Below, piece after piece: positions 41,641 to 56,992 of a stretch of 64,000 nt of DNA. Position 1 is the first letter of the stretch. Each line of letters opens with the position of its first letter. The notes beneath the pieces are model-generated. The model ran no database searches. It was not told the DNA's origin and saw only the letters and a list, made by a program, of their open reading frames with translations. This DNA is from Eledone cirrhosa. Its lineage: Eukaryota. The stretch covers positions 373,860,001-373,924,000 of the forward strand of contig OZ024740.1 in the NCBI GenBank assembly GCA_964016885.1, in the 5' to 3' direction. The position numbers and the translations under genes are program-made.

Positions 41641-43508
41641 TATTTAATGTTTCCTTTTGTTTGGGCAGAACAATATGATTTGTGATGTTTTACTAATAGT
41701 TCTGCTCCGTCGGACGACAGCGTAACATTCATGTTGCGTGCAAGCTGCATTTAGTTGTGATTGCGGTTGTTCATTTCTTGTCTGTCTTGATTTAGTTGAG
41801 AGCAGCGAATAGTATACGGATATCTACAAGTACATACGCCATTTTCTAAGTTCATAATCTGGGTTTGAGCAAATATGGACGGTTATATATAGCCGCCTGA
41901 ATGGACACGTGAGGTTACGTGGTCATTCACTACTAGATACGTATAAAAGAATCACATATAAAAGAATCACACGTAGTATTACGTTATAAATGTCTACAAG
42001 GCGATTCTTTTCCTGTAAAGGTACAACTTTGATTATTTAATCGGGCGTGACAATCATATAATCAGCCCTTGGTATAATCTTAAAAATATAAATAAACAAA
42101 AATGTAGATGCCAATGTAAAACGTAGTTACTATATTGAGTGGCCACCAGTGATTATTTAGAAGTTCTATTATTTACCAATAAAAAAAACATAAAATTGCA
42201 CCCTTTGAAACGTAAATATAATTTATTTGCTGCATAGAATGGGGAAAATCATATTGACAAACATTTCACGTACACCTTTATTAATTTTATAAACACAATA
42301 TCCTCGTATTGTTTGACTTTTTAATATTTTATTTCATATACATCTATTTGTTTCGGTCACGTTGTTTTGACCAGGATTATGTAAGTATATTACATGGTCG
42401 GAAGATATTTTCGGCATTCCACAACTGCATTATATGCATAAGGTGAAGCTGAATTTATTCATCTTAGAATCGAAATCGTCATGCAGAAACATTTCACAAA
42501 TAGATTACATCTTGTTGTACAATATGTAGTGCTTGTAGTAGTTTGAACATAGTAAAATATGATCAATATATGGCCACGTATATACAAACATAATGCTGTC
42601 TATTTAAGTGACAGTACATTTGTACATCGATGCTATTCTGTCATGTATCGATGTAAACTAAATACGGAAATAGATTTTAGAAGTTCATTGCAACAAATTA
42701 ATTTAAAACCCAAATTATACCCTCACTCTTACTTTAAATTTGATTATGAAAAATAAAATGAAAAACTTAGGAATACATAAAAGATGTTACTGTATTTGAT
42801 AAGTATGTTGTGATACATAACCCTGTATAATATGAATATCAAAAATATCATCAACATTTCAAGTTCAACATACAGAGAATCAATATTTGAAGCAACGGAA
42901 TGCTGCTATCGATTTTTCATTAGCTATGACCTTAATAATTCGCAGATTCCTGCACGTGTTCTGTCAAAACTACAGAGTAACATTTTGTGCGCTGAAATTT
43001 AAACGAAGCCCATTAAACCTACAAACCATCACACTAGTGTGTAAACATGTATCTTAGTAATCAGCTTTGATGTTTCTAGACCTACCGTGTTATTTCTTAG
43101 AGAAAATGTGTAATTTCAATTTCATATAACTTTAACATAAATAGATTACTTTGACAGCTCCTATCAGAATATAACAGATATATAGTGTGTAATTATTTAG
43201 TTGTTGTTGCTTAGCGCGAAACGGGCTTCGTGAAACATTGTAGCCGTGAAAATTCTCTGTTTTCACATTACGGACCAAGTAAATCTAGGATGACTTTCTT
43301 AAAAGTGTTATTCTTTACGATTATACGAAAATATTTGAAAAGGATTTTACTTTGACAATAAGCATATCAAGCGGTCAACGTGGACGTATCTCCTAAGAAT
43401 GTATAACTGTTTAGTGTTAGTGAAATCTGTAGAGTATATGCAATGTTTTATATCAGGCTAAAGTATGAATCAATCTATCTAGCTATATATCCATCCATCT
43501 CTCTCTCA

Positions 43509-43616
<108 letters not shown>

Positions 43617-44797
43617 TAGGAGCACTCAAGAGGCAATGGGCCAATCGTGTTCAAACTTGGTATATGAGTTCTTGAGGCTCAACAGATTCAGCAATAGCTG
43701 TTTTGATCGCTTGGAACTCTATTCCTTTGTTTATATGTTTCTTTATATACCAATCTATTATCTTGGTGGTTTTCATGAGCTATCGTCTGAACTACTATGT
43801 ACTCTGACGGTAAACAGAGAAAACGAAGTAATAAATGGAGAGAAAATCAATACACGTGAAATTAAATAGAGCGGTGAGAGCCAAAGATCGAACTAAGCCG
43901 GTAAGTTAAAATGCATAGACGGGTAGGAAAAATAAATATGTATAAAGTAAAGGAAGAACGTGAATGGAATGCGTTCAAAATAGTAGCCGACAATAAAACA
44001 ACAACTCACGCCTGTTTCAGTATTGAATATCACCTCTATATCTCCTGCATGAAAGGAGGTACAACAAAAACAATTGAGCGACATGCGTTCAATCAAGATG
44101 AAACAACAATACAACGCCTGCTTTGATATCAAAACCGTCTCTCTCTTCTATCGGCTGCAGCAACCTTTGTCATATATTCTTTATATCTCTTTCGTTTGAG
44201 GGTATTGTGTTTGTATTTTAACGCACGCTAAGGGAGGTAAATATGAGTAAGGCGTGGTTGTACATGGCAACGACGGTGATAGTGTTAACGTTGAGACGTT
44301 ACCATGACTTCCAAGGTTATTTCTCCAAACTCAAGAAAGATTATTCATATACGTTTCAAAGTAGAGACGAGGAAGCAGAATTCCAGCTAGATACTGTCAA
44401 CAAAATCATCATACGTTTTAAAAACAAAACAAGTTTCCGATATCCAAATGGCTATATATATGACACACCTTCCTATATATCTCCATGTTTATATGCGAGT
44501 GTATATGCCTCTCGTTAAATTTTGGGTTCTTTATTTGATTTATCGGAAGACAACTAATAATAACACTTCTGAATCTTGTTATAGTTTGTTCATATTCATT
44601 TCCGTTACTTAGAAATAGCTGAAATTTCACTCAAAGTTAAACATCTACTCAATACGTTAGAAAAGTAGACCCATCTATATTTCATTAGAAAAAAGATTTT
44701 GACATGATTAGAACTGTTTCCTACGTAAGAAAACATCCTGATGATTTATTACGAATGTAAAGTTTATAGCAGTATAGTTGTTCCTGCACTAAGTCGT

Positions 44798-45000
44798 CTA
44801 GCCTCTTTCGTCTGTTCTCTGAGCGGATATCATTTTTATCTCAAGTTTATCTAGTGTGCTCCCATGTTCATTTCTGGCAGCCTGGTGGCGTACTGAGGAG
44901 TTTTTTTTCTCATTTTGGAGTTCTCGCCAGTGTACTGTTATCCTTTTTTCTATGCTATGGGCCGTCTCACTTATGTATCCTCTGTTTCTATCCATACATC
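44798..45000 (-). pseudogene. Decayed GIY-YIG (PLE) endonuclease fragment
   Basis: GYISETAHSIEKRITVH...NSSVRH...EH resembles YIGETxRxxxxRxxEH...S...H. Confidence 0.55.
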
Positions 45001-47719
45001 GATCCTGCGTACATCCTTTTCTATACACTCCTTTCCTAGTTTTACATTAATTTGTTGGCTTAATCTGCAGACTATGCACTTTCTATCAATACATAGGGTT
45101 CTCTCAAAATCATACTTTCGACTAATTAATGCGTTTATATGTATACCTGCTTTTCTACTATTTTAATATGTAATTCGAATTTGTCTAGATCCCATCTAAA
45201 TGTGTATGTTAGTTCTCGGGTAGGTGCTGCAGTCACAACATGATGTGTTCTTATTTAACTTCTTCTTATATATCACTATGCTACACCGAAAATGTGTTCC
45301 GATACATGGGGCAAGTGTCATTCGCATAATTTTCTATAATGTTTATCCATTTGGCCCTGGCTTCTACACACGCACACACGCACGCACACACATACATATG
45401 TATATACATATATATATACACAGACACACACATACACACACAGACACACACATACACACATATATATATATATATATACAGTATATATATATAAATATAT
45501 ATATATATTTATATATATATACACGCACATATGCATACGTAAGTGTGGATATTATACTTTTCATTTCGTGTGATAATAATTCAATATTATTCGAATGGAA
45601 AATAACGACTGATGATCTATATGCATGATGATGTACTAGAGTTTAGAGAAAATAAAATACAGTGTATATAAGTGATATTATTCTGTGCTAGCCTGAGTAA
45701 AATATATAATAAAAGCGAAAGACAAGGGGGGGGGGGAGAAAGAGACAACATGACACGACCGATAGGCTGAGACAGGGTGAGACAGAGAGAACGTGTTGGG
45801 AAAGACATTGAGAAAGATTAAATTGCACCATAATACATACGGGGTGTGCTCAGCTGAAAGATGAGACAAATGTATTTGATATGATAAATGTTATGTATTG
45901 CATGTATGAACGAGTAAATGAAATAAATATCTGACATAGATACGCAATGAATTTGTGGGGGAGTTGATAACTATATGTAGACTCAAAACTATAACTGATA
46001 TTTATGAACATTACTGTTGTAAATTACATAAGATATAAATAAATGCTGACTCCTTATTTGCATATATATAACACTGCACCAGAATTTCGGGTGTCTGTCA
46101 AAGATAACTACTATATCTGTTATCTTCTGAAATTATTTGCAATGATATTTATGCGCACTCTAATGAAATACGTATTTGCTGATACCTTATATCAGATCAT
46201 TGACACATCAAAAGAAACATTAAGCATACTGATAAAATTCAACTGCCAAATTAATATTTACTGCATCGGCTACACATACACATTTCAGATTAATGAATTT
46301 TCCAGCATATGACAATGCGATACCTTTGTAAAATATAGATGAAAATATTTAATTTGAAATTGCTATAGGTATCATATTTTCCTTCCATATAATATAATTA
46401 TTTTATTTAGTAGTAGTAACAATTGGTAAATTCTGATAAGGCTCCTCATATGTTAACTCTATTATTGACAGGAACAACTAGCAGTGGAAATAAGCGCAAC
46501 GTTCTACAGCAATTAACTTGTGAAGGATATTTCTTTACGCTGTATTCACCATGAGTTTTACATTTTATTTAGCTTGTGGATGGTGTAATGTAAACGTTAA
46601 TGTTTTATATGTTTGAATATATAATGTGTTGCGACTATTGGAATCACATCAACAAGCTATATAAACTCTCCTTTTTTCCACAGACGTATCTTTGCAGTGC
46701 AGGCTCGGTAGATTGTTAGATTGGAAATTTAACGAATTACAGCATTAAGGTTCGTGTTTAAAATTTCAAAGATGTCATTCTGCAGTGCCGATTATGCATT
46801 TAAACACTGGACTCGAGACATAATTGTATACCAATTAAATAGAATGAAATGTCACTCGCCAGTATTGTATCTTCATATGAAATGTATCAGAAGTCAAAGA
46901 CATTCTTATCTGGTGAAAGATCGCGGTTGAGACACATAACTTTAGCGTATTTCTGCTAGAATTTAGCTGAAAAATACTTTTTTGCACCGGATATGTAATT
47001 TCATTGATTGCAAACGTAGGTTTATAGTTAGATAAATTCAATTGTTGACTTTTTAAACTTATTTACTGCAAATTGACTGAAGATATTATTTATTTTATTT
47101 TATGGGGAATTGTTTCAATCTAATTGATTTCGTTTGATAAGTAAGACATAACATAGTGACCACCATTTAATTATTGTTACATGTTTATTTAGAGAATTAT
47201 ATAAGTTATGCTAGTGAGCATCCCTACATATTAGCTCTCCATCAATAGTCAATCGTCCGAATTATGGAAGTTAAACTGATTGATTATGATTACTTAAATT
47301 GGTATTTATATTTTCTCATATCATATATAGAACGAAACTTAAATTTTGATTTTGAATATGGTGTTCTCAAGAAAATCGGCTATACTTTCCAGCACAATGA
47401 ATTGAATTACCTATTTCGTCCATGGATAATTGGTGGGTATCATAATGAAATGCAATTATATCAATATATAGCTTATTTTAGTGATTTTATGTGTTCTGTG
47501 TGTTAAGGCTAATTATATTATTTAACTAGGAAAACGAATGGTAAGTAACCGACTGTCATGGCAAACCAAGAAAACTACGTTTTTATTTGTATTTTCCTTA
47601 CTAATATTTTTAGACACACGTTCTTTAAAAATGTGATGGAATTTGAAATCAAAACGCACACAGAAAAATAAGATTGAGCAAATGAACAGGGCAAACGATT
47701 GAAATATTCCAGCAGCTCA

Positions 47720-47830
47720 ACACCCTGTATTAATATTACACGTATCGGCTATCAAAGGATAAAAGAAAAATATATCTTCGCCGGGATTTGAGCTCAGAGC
47801 GCTAATGATTGCGCCAGTTATCCGCCTCAC
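47720..47830 (-). mobile_element. Degenerate Meta-like SINE
   Basis: cttcgccgggatttgagctcag matches the reverse complement of the family head. Confidence 0.5.
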
Positions 47831-47984
47831 TCATAATTAAAACATTAAGTAATACCATTCGTGATTTTCTTAAAAGAATCGAAATTCCATTGCGAGCTAT
47901 GTTTAATGGAATATGACATCTTATCCTACATGATTATGTGCAATTCTACAGTCGTTTCTGTCAGACTATCAACTATTATCCAGT

Positions 47985-48200
47985 TGCTAGAAATTTGTAT
48001 TGGCAATCATGAGATTGTGGCTTCGATTCCCGGAGAGGGATATGAGTGCTTTCGTTGAGCAAGATATCATTTCATGTTGCTCCAGTTCATCTGTAGAAAT
48101 GATTTGCAAGGTCATTGGTGCCAATATTTGTCGGCCTTTCTCTTCCGCTAGCAGGAATCCGTGGCCAGGAGATACTCTTATGCATGGGTGATTGTGTTCA
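47985..48200 (+). mobile_element. Degenerate CORE-like tRNA SINE
   Basis: cttcgattcccgg...ttgagcaagatatcatttcatgttgctcc, homologous to 9600-9792. Confidence 0.55.
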
Positions 48201-50949
48201 TTCAGAAACTCACCTTGCGCAAACATGTACCTCAGAGGGGATACTTTTTAGGTTCGAGCTCCATAGTCATTCGTGAGAATAAGATCTTGGATGGCAAATC
48301 ATGGAGTGTGTCCAGACCCCACATCTAGTACCAGCCGGCATGTTTCAATTATAATATTATTTATTCCCTTGGATTAAAGAGTACGCAATCTTGAAATATA
48401 TATCTGTGAACTCTCATCTTCAAATATTAACACACACACACATACACTCTCGCTCTCTCTCCATCCCTCTCTCTCTCTCTGTATATATATGTATATATAT
48501 ATATATATTTATATACCCTATGACTATTATAGAATCGTATGAAATATTAGAATTCCAGTGTTTATTTATTGAATGAATAGGTGGTTGATACTGATTCATT
48601 TCAAAAAGACTGAATTCAAGGAATGAATCGGATTTCATGATACAAACAGTAAACGTACCGGATATCAATTGAAAAATATAATTGTATAACATGAATATCA
48701 GCTCAAGGTGAGACTTATAATAAAGTGTGAATCTGTTGGATGATGATAGAACCAATGGAATTGGCGATTACAATTAACCTGGTAATTGGCATAACTATTC
48801 TACTCATAACCGTATGCGCCAGAATGCGAACTGTTCAAGTAATGGGTTTTGATATTTGGGAAATTTAGAAGACATTAGCTGAACCGATGTCGTAACTCAG
48901 CATAGCAATTCATAAAATTTGCAGTGTCGTATTTGAATTCATTTAATTTGATGTTGATCATTAGCTAGTAAATCGCTATTTGTTCCTTTGCATACTAAAT
49001 AAATAAAGCTCATATGATATCCAAACGATTCGAGTATATTTAAGCAATAAATTGAAGAACCCTGCTTTGGGAATATTACTGCAATTACAAAATACCTTTG
49101 GGTTAAAGTTCTGCAGAGAAAATTGTGTTAAACTCTAGATAACGTCAATATAATAAAGAAATATCAAACGCGTATAATAAATAAAGGTTTCTAACAGTAA
49201 ATTAAATGTCAGAAAATGATAAATTTGATATTGGATCGTAAATCACTGGTTTCAATTCTATGGCTCTATTCATACCGCACATGCTGTTTAATTACATGGT
49301 TCTTTTTTCAAATCTCAGTGGATCGTTCTATACATAATAGAAATTATCTTCGCTGGTATGTTCAGAACGAGATAATACGACCTCTCTTCAGTGTCATATA
49401 AATGATATTATTTATAAATGACGCTCGCATAACTTTGTTTTTCCAATAGGTAATATAGATTATGATCTATAAAGATTATAGATGATTATGTAATATTCCT
49501 TCTAATCTCAAGAGTTTACGATATGCTAACCGAATTGAAGTTGTTCCAGCGTGTAACCACAAATAGTTTGTAAACTTGTCAACGAGTGAATACATACACA
49601 ATCAATAGTTTGGCTAGAAAGAACAGTCAAATTTGTGTTGCATTCAAACACAATCACACTAACACATACATAGGTATTTGTTTATGTGTTTATGCGTTTG
49701 TATGTATACTTCTGTATCTATGAACATGTATTGCGAGGGAAACAAATTGAAGGCACGGAAGAGGAAGAATTGTATGTACGTAAGCCTACCATTCATATAT
49801 ACATGCATTATTTGAATATCCTGATTAGTTAAGCACTCCGACGTACACACGCCATGTTGTGTATTAGATTCATGGTGTGATATGTGACTTTCAGTAAGAC
49901 ACTTTGTTTCACGTTGTTCCAGTCCAACTGCAAACCGTACGTTGTATATATTAAAACGATCAGATCTGCCATATACTGATTCTCACTGTAAGCCCTACAT
50001 AAATAAGTTATCCCTTCTCGAGTTTCTGGGATGCTCAGCAATTCAACAATAATTTCTCTTGCTGCTGTTCCGTTAAACATGCATGCCAAGAATTGATATT
50101 TTAAGTATGATGGTTAGAAATGAATATATTGCAGATTGGCTAACATCAATAAACTAGAGTACTGTGGATTAATGTGTTAGTATATGAGAACCAATTTGCA
50201 GAATAGTGAGTCCTGAAACTTTGTAGTTTCGCTTGCCTCTTACTGGATCGGGAGACAAGAAAAGATATATATGTTATGACATGCTCTGTTATGATATATA
50301 TGTTTCTTTCTATCCCTCACGAGACTTCAGGATGTATTTTCCCCTTGAATCTATATGTATATAGTTTCTACCATTTTATGATTGTCGCAGCATCCTGCCT
50401 CTCTTTATATATTATCAAATATGACACCGGACCAAGCAACACATGTTAATTTTTCGATAATTTAGAGTCACTCTGTGATTTAAAAGAAAATAATTCACTA
50501 AATCGGAAAATGTTCATACTGAACATGAATGCCATAACGTACAATATATTCGCCGAATTTCGATTTGTATACATTTAAAGCATTGCGTAGACATATGTAA
50601 ACATGTCACGGAGACCCAATCTACTCGAGGTTTAGTCGTCAGTTAGTTTATGTCAGTGTTTCGTATATATCGGCAATTTCCTTTGCATATTTTGATCTGT
50701 CTTTTGGATAGAGAAATTGCTTAGTTACTGGGGAAATATTACTTGTTATTGATTGATCTGAAAAAAGGCATTCTAGCGTTTGACAGTAAATAATTGTTCA
50801 TAATGTACACATTTTAAATATGATTAAGAAAACAAAACAGCATATTGCTCCATTGCATAACCGCATCCTGTCAAAAGAACGTGACGAGCTTTGTTAGCAG
50901 ACTTATGAACTTTAAAGAGAAATACAACAGTTGAATTGAAGATTCTGGG

Positions 50950-51438
50950 ACTAGCATTGACCCGGATAAATCAGGCAATAGAAACCAACAGCATACATCC
51001 ACTGTCATCATCAGCACCCATAACAACAAAAACAAAAAAGAAACTATGACAAACAGTATCATTACAGCCAATAACAACAACATCGACATCACGTCAACAA
51101 AACACACATCCCTATAACAGGAGCATTATTTTAAAAACGTGACAGCTTGAAAAGTGAATTGAGAATGTTTTCGTTAAATGGTATCAATTTGTCCACTGCC
51201 ACCATTAATGACAGCAGCAGCAAAAACAACAACCGAACCCTCACCAGCACTGCATCTGAACCGATGTCAGGAGGAAGCTTCCGCAGTAGCAATACTTACA
51301 CCCACAGAAAACAGCAACAATCACAACAATTACATAAAAAATGGTGACAACAATAATAGTATCTCATTTGCTGCAGTTGTAAACTCATTTGAATGTGTGC
51401 TCAAGGAAAATACATATACGGATATGGAAAAAAGCTAG
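50950..51438 (+). pseudogene. Remnant of Tx1-type ORF1 N-terminus
   Basis: ENSNNHNN...NNNSISFAAVVNSFECV resembles ENEINN...KTALSFARVAKTCEAI at 57540-57650. Confidence 0.45.
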
Positions 51439-51529
51439 ACACATCGTCCACTCAGGGGTAGTAAGTTGACACACGTCGTTCTGCCACAATTCCTCGAAGA
51501 AATAGCCATGAGAACAGATCTTTATATTT

Positions 51530-52015
51530 TCCTAGCAGGTCTTTATATTTTCTTAGCTTGTCGAATTCTTTTCCCGCGATATTGTGATCACATGGGATGC
51601 TCATATCAGTCAGTAAACAGACCTTGCTAGGTTGGTCTTTAACAATGATTCCTGGTCTATTTGCTTTAATGCTCCAGTCAGTATATACAGGAAAGTCCCA
51701 AAGATTTGTTACTTTTTCTCCTTCAGTTACAGCATCAGGGTGATGATTGTACCACTTGTCAGCAGCTTTCATTTCATAATGCCGACATATTTCCCAGTGT
51801 AGATATTGGTCAACTCTGTCATGTCTATATTTGTACGCTACTGGAGCTAAACCCTTACCTCCAGCAACTAGATGGCCAACTATTTCAACATCAACATTGC
51901 AGAATCGGCACTTTGGATTTACTCCATTTCTCATTACATTGCCCTGGTAATTCCGTGTCAGCAAGATTCGATCTTGGGCAGCTAAGATGAAGCCATCGTT
52001 TCTGCTTTTAATATC
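51530..52015 (-). pseudogene. R4/Dong-clade RLE-region fragment (second subfamily)
   Basis: GFILAAQD...CRFC...HLVAG...YRHDRV...LHW...LWDFPVYTD...NRP...DMSIP...KYKDL. Confidence 0.85.
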
Positions 52016-52026
52016 ATTGGCCCTGT

Positions 52027-52355
52027 TGAGGTTAACTTTGCCTTCCATCCTTACGGGGTCGATAAAATAAAGTACATAGAATACACTGGGATAAGTGATA
52101 GCCTTGTGCCAAAAGTAGAAACAATTATTATTATTAATAATATTATTATGTGGATAGGCAGTATCAGTAGAAGGTCTGACGCCATGCTTTGCAGCAAAGA
52201 GTTACGGCCTTTTATAGTCTGAGTTCAAATCCCGCCGAGGTTAACTTTGCCTTTCATCATTTAGGGGTCGATAAAATAAAGTACCAGTAATACACTGATA
52301 TACTGGGATAATTGCTGGCCTTGTGCCAAAAGTAGAGACAATTATTATTATTATT
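52027..52355 (+). mobile_element. Two tandem Meta-like SINE copies with (ATT)n tails
   Basis: 5'-truncated copy 52027-52135 and full copy 52150-52355. Confidence 0.88.
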
Positions 52356-52392
52356 GCTGTTGCTATCAATATTATCATTATTACTATTATTG

Positions 52393-55300
52393 TTTTTGAG
52401 TGTCAGTCATTGGTTTTTTTTAACTGGAAAGTTTGTTGGAATTAGTATAAAGCCGCTACCAGCAGCATCAGATATTCAGGACGTAGCCGAGGGTTCTTGC
52501 TGATCCCAGCAAGCATGCATTTTGAAGTGTTCCAAAAAGCGGTGCTGGACCAATCTTCTTTAACCACCCTTGGAAACTTTGAGATAGTACCTAGTGCGTC
52601 TATGACAATCGGGACAACCTTGACATCATGGCAGTTCCTAATCCTTTTAAACTCCCACTTTAAGTCCTGCTATCGGTTAATTCTCACCCTCTACTTTTCT
52701 TGCAATCTCGTGTCAAATGGGAAGGCTATATCTACAATCAGGCACGATATTTTTTATTGTCCAAAACCACCAGGTCAGGCCTATATTGTTCTAATTTCTT
52801 GTCCGTCTGTATCCTAAAATCCGATAGCGCCTTCATATGATCGTTTTCTATCACTAATCTGGCTTATGCTCATACCACTTCTCAGAATGTTGTAAAATGT
52901 TTACTTTGCATAGGTTCCTATCACATCATGTCTCCAGCCTTTATAGTGAGTTTACACTCGGATACAATGTGAGCCACAGTCTCCTCGCTCTCTCCACAGA
53001 TCCTACACAGTGGGCTAGCCTCCTCCTTGTAAATATGGTGTTTCACTCACTTCGTTTTGAGGGCCTGCTCTTGCGCAGCCATTAGCATTCCTTCTGTAGG
53101 TGGATCTCCAAATTCAGTTTTCTTGAAGAAGGTACTATGAAGGGATTTTTCATGAAAGGTGCTCTACATCCTTGTTGTTATTTCCTCCTTGGACATCCCC
53201 TGGTCTATTGTCTTCTACTTCAGTACAATTCTGAGCATTGGCTCCCTACTGTCAGTCACGTATTTGTGTAGGTTGTTTTACTCCATCTGAACACAGTCAT
53301 CTATGCTGATAAGACCTCTTCCACCTTCAGATCTCTTTAAGTAGAGTCTATCGACATCACACCTCTTGTGGAACATGTTGTAGATAGTCAATAGGTTCCT
53401 AGTCTTCCTATCCATTTCTTTTTGTTCAGCAACATTCCATTTCAGAATTCCCGTACTGTACCTAATAATAGACACACCTCGGGAATTCACTGCACTTATG
53501 ACATTCCTACTATTTAGATGTGATTTTAATACGCTCTTTACTCTCCTAATGCACTCAGATCTTATCAATTCCTTAAGTTTTTTTGTTCTTGATGTCATCT
53601 GCCTCCTGAACACCTAAATATGTGTACCCTTCTTCAGTGTCAATATACTTTATCATCTCACCTGTTGGTACCTGGAATCCGTTTCTTCTGCTCAATTTTC
53701 CCCTCTTCATCACAAGGACTCCACACTTATTAATACCAAATTCCATACATATATCAACAAGTACATCCAAATGCTTCTCACACTTACCAAAGAGTTTAAG
53801 ATCGTCCATGAAGAGGAGGTAGTTCATGGTAAGCTATCCTTTTCCCAACTTGTGTCCTGCTCTCACTTGTCGCAATATAATGGTCAGGGGTATCAGGGCA
53901 AGGACAAACAGTAGAGGGGAGAAGCTATCTCCCTGGAAGATACCTCTCTTGATCTTCACGCCTTCCAAGCCTTCTCCACCCGATGTTAACTCTGTTTCCC
54001 AGGATTTCCTACTTTTGCTCAACAACTCTCTGATGTTATCTGCCACCTTGAAGATATCTAGGCTTTTGGTGATCCAAGAATGTGGCACCATGTCGAATGC
54101 CTTTTTGTAATCTATCCATCCCATGTCAAGACCAGTGTGTCTCCTTTTGCAATTCCTCATTACCATATTATCAATAAGTATCTCGTCTTTTGTACCAATG
54201 GACTTCTTTCGGCATCCTTTATCTTCGTCCAGTAACAAGTTGTTTATGTGGAGTTGATGGTAGATTTACTCAAAACCAAAACTTGTTAACAGTTTCCACA
54301 TTACGGACAGATATGTGATAGGTCTATAATTGGTAACATCATTACCCTTGATTCGGTCTTTCATTTCCAGAACTGTGGTACCTTTTGTCAACCACTCTGG
54401 TACCTCACCCGACATCAAGCAGTCATTGAACATGGTTGTCAGTTTCAGGTGTAGGGATTTTATATTTTTAATCCAATACATCTGGGCCTGGTGATTTCTA
54501 CTTGGTTAGTTCTTTGGCCTGCCCTTTAAGTGATTCAACTGTGATACTCAAATCAGTTTGTTGGTGTGCTTGTTCACTAATCTCCTTTTGTACTGTCTCA
54601 ATCCACACTGCCTGACTATTATGTTCAACATGCTGCTCCCACATTCCTCTCCAGATTGTGTTAGTCTGCTCCGCCTCAGGGATGAAGTCGTTGCCTCTTT
54701 CTTTCCATTCAAACTGTCCAAACATCATGTTCTGGTTGTTGTCAAACATGCGGTTCTGTCTATACTGACTGACTCTGTTCTTATACCACCTAATCTTTGC
54801 ACTTTTTGCTACAATGCGTTGCTTCAGTTCCTCCATGATAATAGTTAGCTTTTTCCCCCTAGTTTTGTACTTTATTTCCAATCTATTTTTAGTGTCTATG
54901 TTTTGTAAGGTCCCATTCAGTAGGGACTCAATCTTTCCAATGTCTTTTCTCATTTCCCTGATTTAACCATTCAGCCGTTTCTTCCACCAATATTCTGATC
55001 TTTCTTGTTTCCTCTCGTTTTATGCCAAGTAATGTCCTCACCGCATTTGCTGTTGTTTTGAGGACATTGTTACATCGGTGAAGGTTCCTCGCGTCAAGGT
55101 ATGGGATGACTTTGTTGACATTAGCTGCTGTTTCTTTGAACATTTTCCTGTCTACAAAACTTAGATTCATAGGTTTTCCACTACTATTGTTCATTTCATC
55201 TACCACTAAGTTCTAGAAATCAACCAAATCTTGTCCTCGCCCGTCATCATTCATTTCCTCAATGGCTGTATCTTTGTTGCAGATGTTATTTATTTCAGCA

Positions 55301-55880
55301 TTCAGATCATTGTCTGCTTCGGAAGCTTCCTCCTGTTTCTCAACCACGTCACCTTCATTTCCCTCTGGCTCGTTTGCCTGACATACTCCACTCTAAATTC
55401 CCAGCTTAATCTCTCTGCTCAGTTCCTTTAGTTCCAACTCGCTTATCTATTCATTAGTTCTTATTAGCCGAACCTGCCCTGCCAATTTTGGTGCATGTAA
55501 TCTAAATAGACCAATGTCGTTCCAGATGTTATGCATCCGTTTCCTATAGCCTTTTTCCATGGGGTTACTCTTCGGGTAACATTCCATGACAGTTCTATTC
55601 AATTCGTTGGTCTAGTTGGTTCTTGTCCCTTTCCTTCTTCTTCTTCCTCCAACACCAACACTATCTGGATGGCAGCCAGGTCCCTTCTGCTGGGCCAGGG
55701 ATCACTTGCTGCGTGAGAGTCTTTCATATTACGTTCTAGTCTCCTCTTCACCGTTATTTAAACTGTTCAGGTTCGACATTTAAACACTCATATCGATGTT
55801 TGGTGAATGTATGGTTACATAACCACCGGGGATTTCAACACCCCCGGTGATTTTAGCGTGGCACTATCACGCTGTAGACG
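52393..55880 (-). mobile_element. Near full-length decayed R4/Dong-clade non-LTR retrotransposon (RT + RLE)
   Basis: KGYRKRMHNIW; NYRPITYL; WIDYKKAFDMVPH; GIFQGDSFSPLLF; LLFMDDLKLF; RLYLKRSEGGRGL; 3' end abuts TAA repeats. Confidence 0.93.
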
Positions 55881-56494
55881 AACAAATAAATAGATAAAAA
55901 CTTAAAAAAATAAACATGAGTTTCATTGTAATGTTTGAATGCCTGACTTAGTTTTTTTTATTTTTTTTTTACCTTTACGTTTCTTGTTTTACAAGGCCAG
56001 TAACACCGGCTACCAGTGTTGCTATTGCTGCTGCTGCTGATTTTGATTTTAACTACGAGGGAAGTGGTGGTTGTTGCGTTCAAAACTTTTCAAATTTGTT
56101 TTTGTTGTTGCATTTGTTTTTGTCTGTGTTCTGTTCTATAATCTTTCGACTTGTTGCTTATTATTATTATATTATAGTTTAGATCTGACATCGTTTAAAC
56201 TAAACATTTTGAGAGAGTTTAGAGATACAACAACAATAATTATTTGGGTGTTGTTGTTTTTGTTGTTGTTGTTAGCTGTTTGATCGGGTCACTAAATGAG
56301 TCTATTTATATCTTTTGATGCCTTCCTCGCTTATATTCATGTGTAGTGGCACTACTACCACCCCTCTCTTAACGGGAGGTAGTGAGGGTATAGTGGTGGT
56401 AGCGATGATGCAGTGCTGGCGGTGGTGATGGAATGTAGTACTCTAGAGATGGTGTTGTTGCATATGTCACTTCCTGAGAGTGCAGACTGGTATA

Positions 56495-56930
56495 TTATGT
56501 TCCATTTGAGCTTTTGTTCAATTTACCCCTCATCATCACAAGGACACCACACTTACTAATACCAAATTGCATACATATATCATTGCTGAAAATACGGACA
56601 GTGTCAACAAGCACATCCAACTCCTTCTCACTCTTCCCGAAGAGCTTAAGATCGTCCATGAAGAGGAGGTGATTGATGGTAAGCTCTCCCTTTCCCAACT
56701 TGTATCCTGCTCTCACTTTTCGCAGTATAATGGTCAGGGGCATCTGGGCAATGACAAACAACAGAGGGGACAGACTATCTCCCTGGAAGATACCTCTCTT
56801 GATCTTCACGCCTCCCAATGATTCTCCAGCCGATGTTAACTCTGTTTTCCAGGACTTCATACTTTTGCCCAACAACTGTCTGATGTTATCTGCCACCTTG
56901 AAGATCTCTAGTCTTTTGGTGATCCAGGAA
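56495..56930 (-). pseudogene. R4/Dong RT internal fragment
   Basis: GIFQGDSLSPLLFVIA...HLLFMDDLKLFGK; closely related to 53690-54080. Confidence 0.9.
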
Positions 56931-56960
56931 TTATTATTATTATACTTCTTCTTCTTCTTC

Positions 56961-56992
<32 letters not shown>

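Noticed and set aside
44729-44775. CTGATGA hammerhead candidate
   Set aside because: No proper GAAA box or stem I closure
46665-46800. Strong-looking splice acceptor (ctccttttttccacag)
   Set aside because: Downstream reading gives no recognisable product; exon cannot be supported
52016-52048. N-terminus MEGKVNL of ORF 51452-52048
   Set aside because: Derived from the antisense of the adjacent SINE; chimeric ORF call
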